Source of the DNA: Bacteroidota bacterium
GTDB taxonomy: Bacteria; Bacteroidota; Bacteroidia; Flavobacteriales_D; UBA2798
Assembly (NCBI GenBank): GCA_049322335.1
Contig: JBMORL010000118.1
Coordinates: 4,316-54,478, forward strand
Direction: 5' to 3'
DNA length: 50,163 bases
Of this stretch, positions 29,501 through 38,256 are shown piece by piece; positions within the stretch are counted from its first letter, which is position 1; each line of letters begins with the position of its first letter. The position numbers were made by a program, and so were the translations under genes. The notes beneath the pieces were generated by a model that did no database searches, had not been told where the DNA came from, and was given only the letters and a program-made list of their open reading frames with translations.

Positions 29501-30897
29501 CTCTTGCTATACCCGGGATCTGGCGGTGGATACACAAAGATCGGATTTCCTGAAACATCATATCCGGAAATGGAATCCATCATCTCTCCATAGCCGTCAT
29601 ATACTTTTATAGGATCAGTAGATTCAGAAGCAGGCAGATAATCATTTACCACCAGCAGGTTTCCATATACAGCAACGGAAGAAGAAATTGCATACCCCAT
29701 TCCCAGGTAATTTTCATCTGTTTTCATCCAGGCTGTTTCACCCATGGGAATAAAATATTCGTTATTGAGGCGATACATTTCAGCCGGCATCTCGTAATTC
29801 ATGTTTTGCTGGGAGAAAACGGCAAAAGAATCAAGGTTTTTAAATGTTTTTTTTATTCCCATGATCTCTGCTTCTACCGCCAGCTTTCCTTTATTTACAT
29901 AGGCTGTATAATTTTCAGTCAGGGAACGGTATAAAAAATCGTTTACCGGTGGATAAGTAACGTCACAAAACAATGCGCTGAAAATTCCGTATTTGTTGTT
30001 TTTATAAAATCCAAATTCGGGCATACCCAGAAAATCTTTTCCACATTCCTTTAGTTCGGTTATATCATTTCCGGGAAGGAATTTTTTTACCAGGTTTTCA
30101 TTCCATTCCGCCTTTTCAATTTCAGTTACCGAATCGTAAATCTTGAAATTTTTATCTGCCAGGTAAACATCAGAAAAAATAGTATTGGAAGGATCTCTTT
30201 TTGTTTTTGACAACACCAGGTTATCTTCATCATATTTTACAGAAAAAAACTCCGGCTGAACAAGCCATTCACCGGTTGACATATCCAATACACCGCTTTT
30301 CTGTGTAGCTTCCTGGTAAGACCATGCCACTGTTCCATCCGTATTGACAGAATCGCCTCCGTCAACAGTTATCAGATTATACCCTTCCCTGTCCAGGTAT
30401 TTACGAATAACCACCAGGTGTTTGCCTTTAACGGTAACCGACCATTCGCTATTAACAGAAAGAGGCATATAATTATACCTGGCTATGGCCGAAGTCCATG
30501 ATGAGTCGGGATGAGGCATTTCATAAACCGAATCATTCATAACAACCTGGTATTCGTATGCGTGAAAAAAGCCCAGTCTTTTGAACTTCGAGGGAAAAGA
30601 TTCCTTATGTTCATTTGTATAATAACCAACTGCATTATTTTTTACTGCAAAATATCCGTTTAACCCGTCATAATGAATGATAAAATCAAATTCTGCATTA
30701 CGGATAATTTTATTTTCATTCTTATCAAACAATCCCCACTTTCCACCTGAACGAAATGCTACTATAGCATCGCTTTCATCCATATCAAATAGTTTATCTG
30801 CTTTCGGGGTACAATTAATCATACCCAATATATCCTGGGATTGCAGAGGTAAAGCGGACATTAAAAAGAAGAATACTATAAATCTTGCCTTTTTCAT
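26572..30897 (-). CDS. Very large secreted WG-repeat (KWG/WG beta-repeat) protein, 1441 aa.
   Basis: Signal peptide MKKARFIVFFFLMSALPLQSQ. Dozens of repeats with a GKWGLFD / NKYGIF / GKYGIYE / GKYGLID core, which is the WG-containing-repeat signature. Confidence 0.7.
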   Translation of the reverse strand: MKKARFIVFFFLMSALPLQSQDILGMINCTPKADKLFDMDESDAIVAFRSGGKWGLFDKNENKIIRNAEFDFIIHYDGLNGYFAVKNNAVGYYTNEHKESFPSKFKRLGFFHAYEYQVVMNDSVYEMPHPDSSWTSAIARYNYMPLSVNSEWSVTVKGKHLVVIRKYLDREGYNLITVDGGDSVNTDGTVAWSYQEATQKSGVLDMSTGEWLVQPEFFSVKYDEDNLVLSKTKRDPSNTIFSDVYLADKNFKIYDSVTEIEKAEWNENLVKKFLPGNDITELKECGKDFLGMPEFGFYKNNKYGIFSALFCDVTYPPVNDFLYRSLTENYTAYVNKGKLAVEAEIMGIKKTFKNLDSFAVFSQQNMNYEMPAEMYRLNNEYFIPMGETAWMKTDENYLGMGYAISSSVAVYGNLLVVNDYLPASESTDPIKVYDGYGEMMDSISGYDVSGNPIFVYPPPDPGYSKSGVYDISKHTWIIPQKFSFVQKTKTGFSCGYIDYEKRYETFFSCYDLSGKPAFENITATELLNSSARMAAWAGYNSNAGFQPLDIDYTSLYNYHLPVKVRLNGKYGIYELRNLKWAVVPKWDEISLSLYDFYLVVKDKKLGMVNAEGKEFIPAASGLLISASNQNMVADNQWLYSTGDYASGNKKVHINDKNFSLPAEADLRTNCNFFQAQVKNEWVIINEYNNDEYTHPYQLFDEWGNMWDSLDADGNVVMITEGGKRGRTLLYNMNTGKWTEDKTIIRHYAAGNEWMVMDKNFNYHFLDAAFNSITKSEKETNLWKTNLLQGDSLSFEKYIRPLHKDENTDPVQCAYGRYVVKSDDGFSLVDNKGIVLLSGADEISPAIFPYNDLEGGTDNPVLIYAGKKDKTFLYDTDGKMVSEMFGRYEYNTITSLFDEKGNFWFNNGKKSALVNYNGKDFKLSSAFFDTVFIATIIPASNPAGFKNIFAALDGKKSILTDESGNKLYEWINGEKPVHTMLKNIVFVQQGENKCGVFDITAKKMTGMVFESVPASFTSLVSGDTTHTIFLVNTKKGSELWNIFSLKDKIGYKKVTELPFSGIKPIKYSGKYEAKKGKDTYLLEYNGFGFNVLNDQPVKDITCSNSGEHTAFTSENKTYFIHDWQGTLSVIETGGLDSITVMEGGGEYNEFFILHKKNKKGLFNTYTNNFTPVEFNSVAGIKAVSGFFICDEKLFSTNQNRFLSEEKVTECKKLHNSNLVYKTTSGKMYLVETASDKTEKISFWPGYEVHNGRYAFKENGKYGLIDSRDNFSVFLKPEYDSIWPGGYYEDITVKATKQGIIYAYNENYELMVKSRGDNINIMYTDDESRYYRIYSGDKSGVADADGKIIIEPVYYDVYSFYDHFATMTEANGAAGEEPHFYGLINRKGKTILKNEFVRISNPEVDGYYCTVRKTDQSVWLVKHNGKKAKLVPLPKEPVADPVR

Positions 30898-31047
30898 ACT
30901 AATTGGTTTTTACAAACTTAAATGTAGGAGAACTTATCCGATATACGGTAAATACCGTATTATTTTTTTCCTCTTAGCCGGTGGAGGCTTAATTTTTATA
31001 TATTTAGCACCACAATCATTTACAACCAACACTAAAATTCAACAGCC

Positions 31048-32961
31048 ATGGATTCTTCCGTTCTCCAGTTCTGGTGGATACCTGCTATCCTTATCAGTTT
31101 TATCTTTTATAAATTTATTCTCCGTGTATTTTTCGGAATGGTCATTGTTCCCGAAGACCGTATAGGGCTGGTGACCAAAAAATTTGTGCTGTTTGGCCAG
31201 CATAAAGCACTCCCTGACGGAAGGATTGTGGCCACCAAAGGCGAAGCAGGTTTCCAGGCCAAAACACTGGCACCCGGACTCTACTTCGGGATGTGGGTAT
31301 GGCAATATGAAGTAACCATGGAGCAATTTACCGTGATTCCCGAAGGGAAAATTGGCCTTGTTCTTTCAAAAGACGGGGCAGAAATTCCTACCGGTAATAT
31401 TTTGGGGCAAAGAGTAGATTCTGATAATTTCCAGGATGCGGAAAAATTCCTGAACAATGGCGGACAACGGGGAAGACAAACTTCTTACATCACAGCCGGA
31501 TCATATCGTATCAATACTATGTTATTTCAAATCTCGGTGACGGATATGGTGCTGATACAGGAAAGCAAAGTAGGAATAGTTACCACATTGGATGGACTTC
31601 CCATTGAAGCGGGACAGATTGCCGGAAAAATGATAGACGGGCATAACAATTTCCAGGATTTTGACACTTTTATACGCAATGGCGGAAACCGGGGATTACA
31701 ACCACATGTTATACTGGCTGGCTCATACAACCTCAATCCCTGGGCTGTACAGGTGGAAGAAATTCCAATGACAGAGATTCCGATAGGATACGTGGGAGTG
31801 GTTATTTCCTATATAGGGCAGGATGGACGCGACCTAACGGGATCCGAATTCAAGCACGGAAATATTGTGGAAAAACATCACAAGGGAGTATGGCTGGAAC
31901 CACTCGGCCCGGGAAAATATCCTGTTAACAAATACACAATGAAAGTAGAGCTTGTTCCTACTACCAATCTTGTGCTTAACTGGGCATCGGCAAGAAGTGA
32001 AGCACATAATCTTGACAAGAATCTTTCTACTATTACGGTGCGATCGAAAGATGGATTTCCTTTTAATCTCGATGTAGCACAAATTATTCACGTACCCACT
32101 ACCGAAGCCCCAAAAGTAATTGCACGATTCGGAAACATGGTGAATCTTGTTTCACAGGTACTCGAACCTACTATCGGAAACTATTTCCGTAACTCGGCAC
32201 AAGACAGTGATGTGATCGCCTTTTTAAGTACCCGGAAAGAAAGACAAGAATCAGCAAAAGCACATATTAAAAAAGTATTGGATGAATATAACGTGAATGC
32301 AGTGGATACATTGATCGGTGATATCGTTCCACCGGAATCACTAATGAAAACACTTACCGACCGGAAAATAGCAGAAGAACAAAAAGTGACCTACGAAACG
32401 CAAAAGCGCGCACAGGAAACACGCCAGGGAATGGAAAAAGAAACCGCTATTGCCGATATGCAGAAAGAAATTGTAAAAGCGCAGCAAAGTGTTGAAATTG
32501 CCGAACGCACTGCCAATGCTGCTGTAAAAAAATCGGAAGGAGATGCGGCCAGCGTAAAATTAGCGGTAAGTGCCGAAGCAGAAGCCACCAAAATGCGCGC
32601 CCATGCCGAAGCAGAATCTACCAAAGCAAGAGCAATAGCCGATTCGGAAGCTATTAAATTAAAAGCATCAGCACAGGCAGAACAAATTACGCTCACAGGA
32701 TCGGCAGAGGCCGGAAAATTACTGGCTATTGGTAAATCAAATGCCGAGGCTTATGAACTGGCGGTAAAAGCCCTGGGCGGAGATAATTTTACACGATATA
32801 AAATCACCGAAGAGCTGTCGAAAGGAAACATAAAACTCATACCTGATATTCTCATAGGCGGATCTAACGGAAACGGAACTGCTATAGATGGATTGCTGGG
32901 ACTAAAACTAATGGAAATGATGGATCCGGATAAGAAAAAGAATGAGGAAAAGAAAGGATAA
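31048..32961 (+). CDS. Flotillin-like SPFH/band-7 domain protein with an N-terminal membrane anchor and a C-terminal Ala/Glu-rich coiled coil.
   Basis: N-terminal TM (WWIPAILISFIFYKFI). Extended SPFH-like region. C-terminal AEAEATKMRAHAEAESTKARAIADSEAIKLKASAQAEQ repeats typical of bacterial flotillins (YqiK-like). Confidence 0.7.
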   Translation: MDSSVLQFWWIPAILISFIFYKFILRVFFGMVIVPEDRIGLVTKKFVLFGQHKALPDGRIVATKGEAGFQAKTLAPGLYFGMWVWQYEVTMEQFTVIPEGKIGLVLSKDGAEIPTGNILGQRVDSDNFQDAEKFLNNGGQRGRQTSYITAGSYRINTMLFQISVTDMVLIQESKVGIVTTLDGLPIEAGQIAGKMIDGHNNFQDFDTFIRNGGNRGLQPHVILAGSYNLNPWAVQVEEIPMTEIPIGYVGVVISYIGQDGRDLTGSEFKHGNIVEKHHKGVWLEPLGPGKYPVNKYTMKVELVPTTNLVLNWASARSEAHNLDKNLSTITVRSKDGFPFNLDVAQIIHVPTTEAPKVIARFGNMVNLVSQVLEPTIGNYFRNSAQDSDVIAFLSTRKERQESAKAHIKKVLDEYNVNAVDTLIGDIVPPESLMKTLTDRKIAEEQKVTYETQKRAQETRQGMEKETAIADMQKEIVKAQQSVEIAERTANAAVKKSEGDAASVKLAVSAEAEATKMRAHAEAESTKARAIADSEAIKLKASAQAEQITLTGSAEAGKLLAIGKSNAEAYELAVKALGGDNFTRYKITEELSKGNIKLIPDILIGGSNGNGTAIDGLLGLKLMEMMDPDKKKNEEKKG

Positions 32962-33153
32962 GGAGGGATAGGCATTAGGTTATTGGTGGTGAGTAATGAG
33001 TTAAAAAGTGTGGGTCATCCGCGGGATTAATTATTGGGAAACGGCAGCACCTGAGAATTGGTTGAGTTGTTTCCTGCATTTTCATCTTACATCAATCCCG
33101 ATGCCTGAAGGAGACTTACCATATGAGTCAGCATTCATCTCCGCATTTACTTC

Positions 33154-33188
33154 GTAATTCGCAATTCGTCAATCGTCAATCGTCATTC
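33154..33188. repeat. Five tandem degenerate heptamers (GTAATTC GCAATTC GTCAATC GTCAATC GTCATTC) in a convergent intergenic region.
   Basis: Direct reading of the sequence between the flotillin stop (32961) and the DUF2797 stop (33221). Confidence 0.6.
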
Positions 33189-33220
33189 TCCATTCCGCAT
33201 TTCAAATCAAAAAAACTTCC

Positions 33221-34018
33221 TCACCCTTCCACTTTCACCACATAACCCGACTGATTGCGGATGTTGATCACTCTTCCTCCATCGAATAAAAGATATTGTG
33301 CTTTAATTCCCCTGAGTGTTCCTTTTATTTCCGGGTTTTTCTCAAAATTCATACTCGATACTTTTACAGGATATTCCAAAACAGGGTAATTAAGATTTGT
33401 AATATGATTTTCATTCAAAACATACTGTTTAAGATCAGCAGGAAGCAAACCGGCCGCTGTATTCTTTCTTTCAGCAAGATCAACTCCCTGCATCACTTCA
33501 TTCTTTAACATGCGTTGCCAGTTGGTTTTGTCGGGCATATGTTTTTTTAATTCCACTTCTATCAGTCCAGCGAGTTGCCGGTAAGGAACTTCTGCAAGAA
33601 TAATGGCAGCGGTAGCACCCTGGTCGATCCATCGTGTGGGAACCTGTGTATTGCGGGTTACTCCTACTTTTACATCACTTGACAATGCCAGGTACACATA
33701 ATGCGGCTGTACATGATGTTCTTTTTCCCATTGCGGGTCGCGGCCCTCGCCCAAATGCCCGCGGCATAATTCAGGTTTTACAATACAATCAGAATTTTCG
33801 GGCGAATTGATGAAACAGGGATAACAAAAACCCTGTCCGAATGATTTTTTGGTGGGTTTACCGCAGTTTACACACAAAATCTGCCCCGTATATTTCAGTG
33901 AAATTTCTTTCCCGATATAACTGTTAAGGCCTATCAGCTGTTCGCCCAGGCGCAATGAATACTGAACCTGGTCATTCAGTTCTGTTTTCATTTTTAATAA
34001 CTGGCCTGTGGCTTCCAT
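33221..34018 (-). CDS. DUF2797-like zinc-ribbon protein.
   Basis: Motif CVNCGKPTKKSFGQGFCYPCF (CxxC...CxxC). The ~265-aa length and adjacency to a GH3-family gene fit the Bacteroidetes DUF2797 / GH3 neighbourhood. Confidence 0.5.
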   Translation of the reverse strand: MEATGQLLKMKTELNDQVQYSLRLGEQLIGLNSYIGKEISLKYTGQILCVNCGKPTKKSFGQGFCYPCFINSPENSDCIVKPELCRGHLGEGRDPQWEKEHHVQPHYVYLALSSDVKVGVTRNTQVPTRWIDQGATAAIILAEVPYRQLAGLIEVELKKHMPDKTNWQRMLKNEVMQGVDLAERKNTAAGLLPADLKQYVLNENHITNLNYPVLEYPVKVSSMNFEKNPEIKGTLRGIKAQYLLFDGGRVINIRNQSGYVVKVEG

Positions 34019-34221
34019 ACATCGTATTTTTTATAAATGTAAATGATTTTTGCTTTGTGAAATCATAATTTAGTACAATTCTTCTGCGCCAATCTGCGGG
34101 AGATAAAAGTACGCATTTTGGTTTCCTGCAGATTCTTGCCAAAGCATGAGAAAGTTCGCGGATTAGCACAGAAAAGAAATCTGTGCTGGTGTATTATTGT
34201 TAATAATTTGTACTTTTAGCC

Positions 34222-35739
34222 ATGCCGTTCAACTCCATTTTTTCGTGGCTGATAAAAAAGCGCATTCACCAGATAGAACTTTTTATGAAGTACCCGGTGG
34301 AAGTGCAAACCGAACATTTTCTAAAACTGGTATCGGCAGCGGCAGAAACAGAATGGGGAAAAAAACACGGATATTCTTCCGTTAAAAACTATTCTGAATT
34401 CAAAAACCGTGTTCCCCTGCAGGATTATGAACAGCTAAAACCGTATGTGGACCGGTTGATGAAAGGTGAACAAAACCTGTTATGGCCAACGGATGTAAAA
34501 TGGTTTGCCAAATCATCGGGCACCACCAGCGACAAAAGCAAATTCATTCCTGTTACCCTTGAAGCACTGGAAGAATGCCATTATAAAGGCGGAAAAGACC
34601 TGTTGTGTTTGTATTATCACAATCACCCCAACCGGAAATTATACAAGGGCAAGCACCTGATTGTGGGAGGAAGCGCACAAATCAATTACCTGAGTAACGA
34701 TTCGTATTTCGGAGACCTGTCAGCCATTATCATCAAAAATCTTCCGTGGTGGGCCGAGTTCAGAAGAACACCCAGCATCGACATCGCCCTGATGCAGAAC
34801 TGGGAAGAGAAAATAGAAAAAATGGCCAGCTCTACTATTCACGAAGATGTATACATTATTGCAGGTGTTCCTTCATGGACGTATGTTTTACTGAAACGCA
34901 TTCTTGAAATTACCGGCAAAGACAATATTGCTGATGTATGGCCGCGGCTGGAATTGTATATGCACGGAGGAGTAAGCTTTACGCCTTACCGCCAGCAGTT
35001 CAAGGACATCATCCGCAAACCCGACATGAATTACGTGGAAACCTATAATGCTTCGGAAGGTTTTTTTGGCATACAGGATACTTCTGATAAAAACGAATTG
35101 CTGCTGATGCTCGACTATGGAATTTTTTATGAATTCATTCCTATGGAAAAATTTTCAGCGGGAGCGGATGCTGCCATAGACCTTTCGCAGGTGGAAACAG
35201 GAAAAAATTATGCACTCGTCATCTCCACCAATGCCGGATTATGGAGATATGTAGTGGGCGACACCATTGAATTTACTTCCGTATCCCCCTATCGTTTCCG
35301 TATCACCGGCCGCACCAAACATTTTATCAATGCTTTTGGCGAAGAACTGATTGTTGACAATGCCGAAAAAGCCATGGCTATTGCCTGCGAACGAACCGGT
35401 GCCGCAGTAAGAGAATATACTGTTGCACCCGTTTATATGAAAGAAGATGAGCCCGGCACCCACGAATGGGTAATTGAGTTTGAAAAAGAGCCCGGTGATC
35501 CCGGATTTTTTACCGAAGTACTCGACAATGCCTTAAAATCACTTAATTCGGATTATGAAGCCAAGCGATCGAACAATCTGAATATGCGTTTTCCCGTTAT
35601 TCATAAAGCGGTAACTGGCACGTTTTATGCGTGGTTAAGAGAAAAAGGGAAACTGGGAGGGCAACATAAAATTCCCCGGTTGAGTAACGACAGAAAACTG
35701 ATGGAAGAAATTCTGAAAATCAACGCTTCTCTGAAATGA
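34222..35739 (+). CDS. GH3 (auxin-responsive promoter) family acyl-adenylate-forming enzyme.
   Basis: Length 505 aa. The N-terminal region and the adenylation-type motif FAKSSGTTSDKSKFIPVT (an SSGTT P-loop-like motif of the ANL/GH3 superfamily). Later YNASEGFFG. Confidence 0.75.
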   Translation: MPFNSIFSWLIKKRIHQIELFMKYPVEVQTEHFLKLVSAAAETEWGKKHGYSSVKNYSEFKNRVPLQDYEQLKPYVDRLMKGEQNLLWPTDVKWFAKSSGTTSDKSKFIPVTLEALEECHYKGGKDLLCLYYHNHPNRKLYKGKHLIVGGSAQINYLSNDSYFGDLSAIIIKNLPWWAEFRRTPSIDIALMQNWEEKIEKMASSTIHEDVYIIAGVPSWTYVLLKRILEITGKDNIADVWPRLELYMHGGVSFTPYRQQFKDIIRKPDMNYVETYNASEGFFGIQDTSDKNELLLMLDYGIFYEFIPMEKFSAGADAAIDLSQVETGKNYALVISTNAGLWRYVVGDTIEFTSVSPYRFRITGRTKHFINAFGEELIVDNAEKAMAIACERTGAAVREYTVAPVYMKEDEPGTHEWVIEFEKEPGDPGFFTEVLDNALKSLNSDYEAKRSNNLNMRFPVIHKAVTGTFYAWLREKGKLGGQHKIPRLSNDRKLMEEILKINASLK

Positions 35740-36569
35740 AAAAAATAATTTTTCTGCTTTCACTGCTCATCAGCATTTCTGTGAATGCCCAGGATTCTCT
35801 TGTTTCTTTCCAATCTGTTTTTAGCATCAAAGGCCCCTGTTCTCATTTCACTACCGATAACCTGGGCAATATCTATACTGTTCACAAAGACCGTATCACC
35901 AAATACTCACCGCAGGGAGATTCACTTTGCAGCCAGAGCTTTAAATGGATGGGAGAAATCACTTCGATAGATGCCACCAATGCTCTGAGGATTGTGGCAT
36001 TCAGCCGCGACCTTAACCGGTTGATGATCCTTGACAATACGTTGAGTGTGCAGGGAGAAGTGATTAAACTGGAAGACCTCGGATTACAATTCACCAGCCT
36101 CGTTTGCCAGTCGCCCAACAACAATAACCTGTGGGTTTACAATATGGAAGAATTCCGTTTATTACGGCTCAACAAAGACTTTACCGTAGCCAACAATTCG
36201 GGAAATCTTACGCAGGTATTGGGAATCAGCATCAATCCTGTATTTATAGCAGAATACAACAATTACCTGTATGTAAGTGATCCTGATGTGGGAATACTGG
36301 TATTTGACATGTTTGCCGGGTATGTGAAGACGCTTCCGGTAAAAGAAAAAAATTATTTCCAGGTAGTGAATAATAAGATTTATTCTTTACACAATGGGAT
36401 GAAATATGATAAGCTAAACTGGTATGATGTGACCGATCATTCTCAGGGTTCATATGAACTTGATTATTGGATGGGGAGCCAATTCAGAATTGAGAACAGC
36501 CGGTTGTATGTCAAAATGGAAGGAGATGGCCCGATTGATGTTTTTGATATTGTTACCGGCAAAAAATAA
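35736..36569 (+). CDS. Hypothetical secreted protein, translationally coupled to the GH3 gene.
   Basis: Signal peptide MKKIIFLLSLLISISVNAQ. The start overlaps the GH3 stop (ATGA). No recognisable catalytic motif; the composition is beta-rich. Confidence 0.5.
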   Translation: MKKIIFLLSLLISISVNAQDSLVSFQSVFSIKGPCSHFTTDNLGNIYTVHKDRITKYSPQGDSLCSQSFKWMGEITSIDATNALRIVAFSRDLNRLMILDNTLSVQGEVIKLEDLGLQFTSLVCQSPNNNNLWVYNMEEFRLLRLNKDFTVANNSGNLTQVLGISINPVFIAEYNNYLYVSDPDVGILVFDMFAGYVKTLPVKEKNYFQVVNNKIYSLHNGMKYDKLNWYDVTDHSQGSYELDYWMGSQFRIENSRLYVKMEGDGPIDVFDIVTGKK

Positions 36570-36727
36570 CCTGTATCCTTCGCATTTTCTGCATTGTTGA
36601 TAAATAATCCTGCAAGATTTTCACAAGAAAGCATACGGCTGTCTACAGCATGTAAAAAATTCTATTTTTGCATAACGGAAAAATCACCCGGAATTTTAGT
36701 AATTTGGAATCATTAAAAAATTCGTTT

Positions 36728-37354
36728 ATGCACATTGCCATTGCGGGAAACATCGGATCGGGAAAAACTACTTTAACCACCATGCTGGCCAACCACTACA
36801 AATGGGAAGCCCACTACGAAGATGTTTCGCAGAATCCCTACATCAACGATTTTTATGAAGATATGCAGCGCTGGTCGTTCAACCTGCAGATTTACTTCCT
36901 GAACAACCGCTTTATGCAGATACAGGAAATCCGCAAAGCGAAAAAGAATTTTGTACAGGACCGTACCATTTATGAAGATGCCTACATCTTTGCCCCCAAC
37001 CTGCACGCAATGGGACTGATGACTACCCGCGATTTTGAAAATTATTTTTCTCTTTTCAACCTCATGGAGTCTTTCATCTCTCCGCCCGACCTTTTGATCT
37101 ATCTCCGTTCCAGTGTTCCCACTCTTGTTAATCATATTCAATCACGCGGCCGCGAATACGAAGAAAGTATCCGTCTCGATTATTTAAAACGCCTCAACGA
37201 ACGCTACGAAGCATTTATCTCCACCTACGATCGCGGCAAACTGCTGATCATTGACGTTGACAATAACAAATTCCCCACCAGCAAAGAAGACCTCGGAAAT
37301 ATCATCCGCAGCATCGATGCAGAAATGCATGGTTTGTTTAAAGTGGCGAAGTAG
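36728..37354 (+). CDS. Deoxynucleoside kinase (dNK family).
   Basis: P-loop MHIAIAGNIGSGKTT at the N-terminus, the ERS-like motif region and LID arginines (RGREYEE). Start moved to the ATG at 36728, since dNKs begin at the P-loop. Confidence 0.85.
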   Translation: MHIAIAGNIGSGKTTLTTMLANHYKWEAHYEDVSQNPYINDFYEDMQRWSFNLQIYFLNNRFMQIQEIRKAKKNFVQDRTIYEDAYIFAPNLHAMGLMTTRDFENYFSLFNLMESFISPPDLLIYLRSSVPTLVNHIQSRGREYEESIRLDYLKRLNERYEAFISTYDRGKLLIIDVDNNKFPTSKEDLGNIIRSIDAEMHGLFKVAK

Positions 37355-37524
37355 GGGGAGATTTGAGATATCAGACGGGAAGATTTTAGATGTTAGACTT
37401 ATAGGTGAAATTTAACCTGGTTTTGTTTTAAAACACTGCCCGATCCTAACCATACTACGTGCGTCATTGCAAGCCGGCCTGATGTAAACAAAGGAGTTTT
37501 CGACCGCGGCAAGCTGCCAGTGCG
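37355..37524. repeat. Copy 1 of a ~165-170-bp direct repeat: GGGGAGATTTGAGATATCAGACGGGAAGATTTTAGATGTTAGAC...GGCAAGCTGCCAGTGCG.
   Basis: Near-identical to the copy at 40010-40176, with one substitution and one 2-bp indel. It begins right after the dNK stop codon. Confidence 0.85.
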
Positions 37525-37613
37525 TTGGAATAATGAAACAAAATAAATCTGATTTCCCTTTCAATTCATTTATTAACCCATGTTAATTTGTAGAAAACTC
37601 CTGACATCTACAT

Positions 37614-38180
37614 TTGAGCATGAAAAAAACAATACTCCTTATTATTTTATGGGTTGGCGTTATCGTATTTTCATCGTGCAGGAAAGCAGCCGGACTGGAA
37701 ACCAGGAAAGAATTAGAAAAATTATTTGAAAAACTGGAAGGAAACTGGAAGCTGGAAGGTTATCAAAGGATTAATTATTATTTGCTGGGAAATGATACCA
37801 CTGTTTACCCTCCGTCAAGATCATATGAATATATTCAAAATGATACTTTATACGCTGGTGGTGAAAAGGGATTTCTTGATATACATTTGGAAATAAAGAA
37901 TTATAAAAAATTTGAATTTGAAACCAACTTTTACAAAGAGAAAGATATATTTTTACCTTTTCCATATATCAATGAATCGTCTGCAACATACAGTACTAAT
38001 TGGGAAAGCATGGGAAAATCTCACTATATTTCTCTTGACGCCATTTACACTATTAGCCGGTTGGATGAAAATCATTTATCCTTATACTACAGCAAATCAG
38101 AAAGTCATGGAAATGGTGGCCTTTGGGGGGGAGTATCGGAAAGTTCCTCTGTTACCGTCCGATATGATTTTGTAAGGTAA
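37614..38180 (+). CDS. Hypothetical lipoprotein, inside the direct-repeat-flanked cassette.
   Basis: Signal plus lipobox (IVFSSCRK). 188 aa. No recognisable domain. Confidence 0.5.
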   Translation: MSMKKTILLIILWVGVIVFSSCRKAAGLETRKELEKLFEKLEGNWKLEGYQRINYYLLGNDTTVYPPSRSYEYIQNDTLYAGGEKGFLDIHLEIKNYKKFEFETNFYKEKDIFLPFPYINESSATYSTNWESMGKSHYISLDAIYTISRLDENHLSLYYSKSESHGNGGLWGGVSESSSVTVRYDFVR

Positions 38181-38256
38181 AAAGTACATTTTCTGTTTTT
38201 TTTGCAGATGATTTCATGATAAAAAACATTGCTATATATTAACCAAAAACGAACCC

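Noticed and set aside
33972-34169. 65-aa ORF overlapping the DUF2797 gene start.
   Set aside because: It overlaps the N-terminus of a better-supported gene on the same strand in another frame.
37355-37524. Considered the 165-bp repeat as a duplicated tRNA 3' end or att site of an integrated element.
   Set aside because: No tRNA-like cloverleaf or conserved T-loop sequence. No integrase or recombinase gene in or near the cassette. Kept as an unexplained direct repeat instead.
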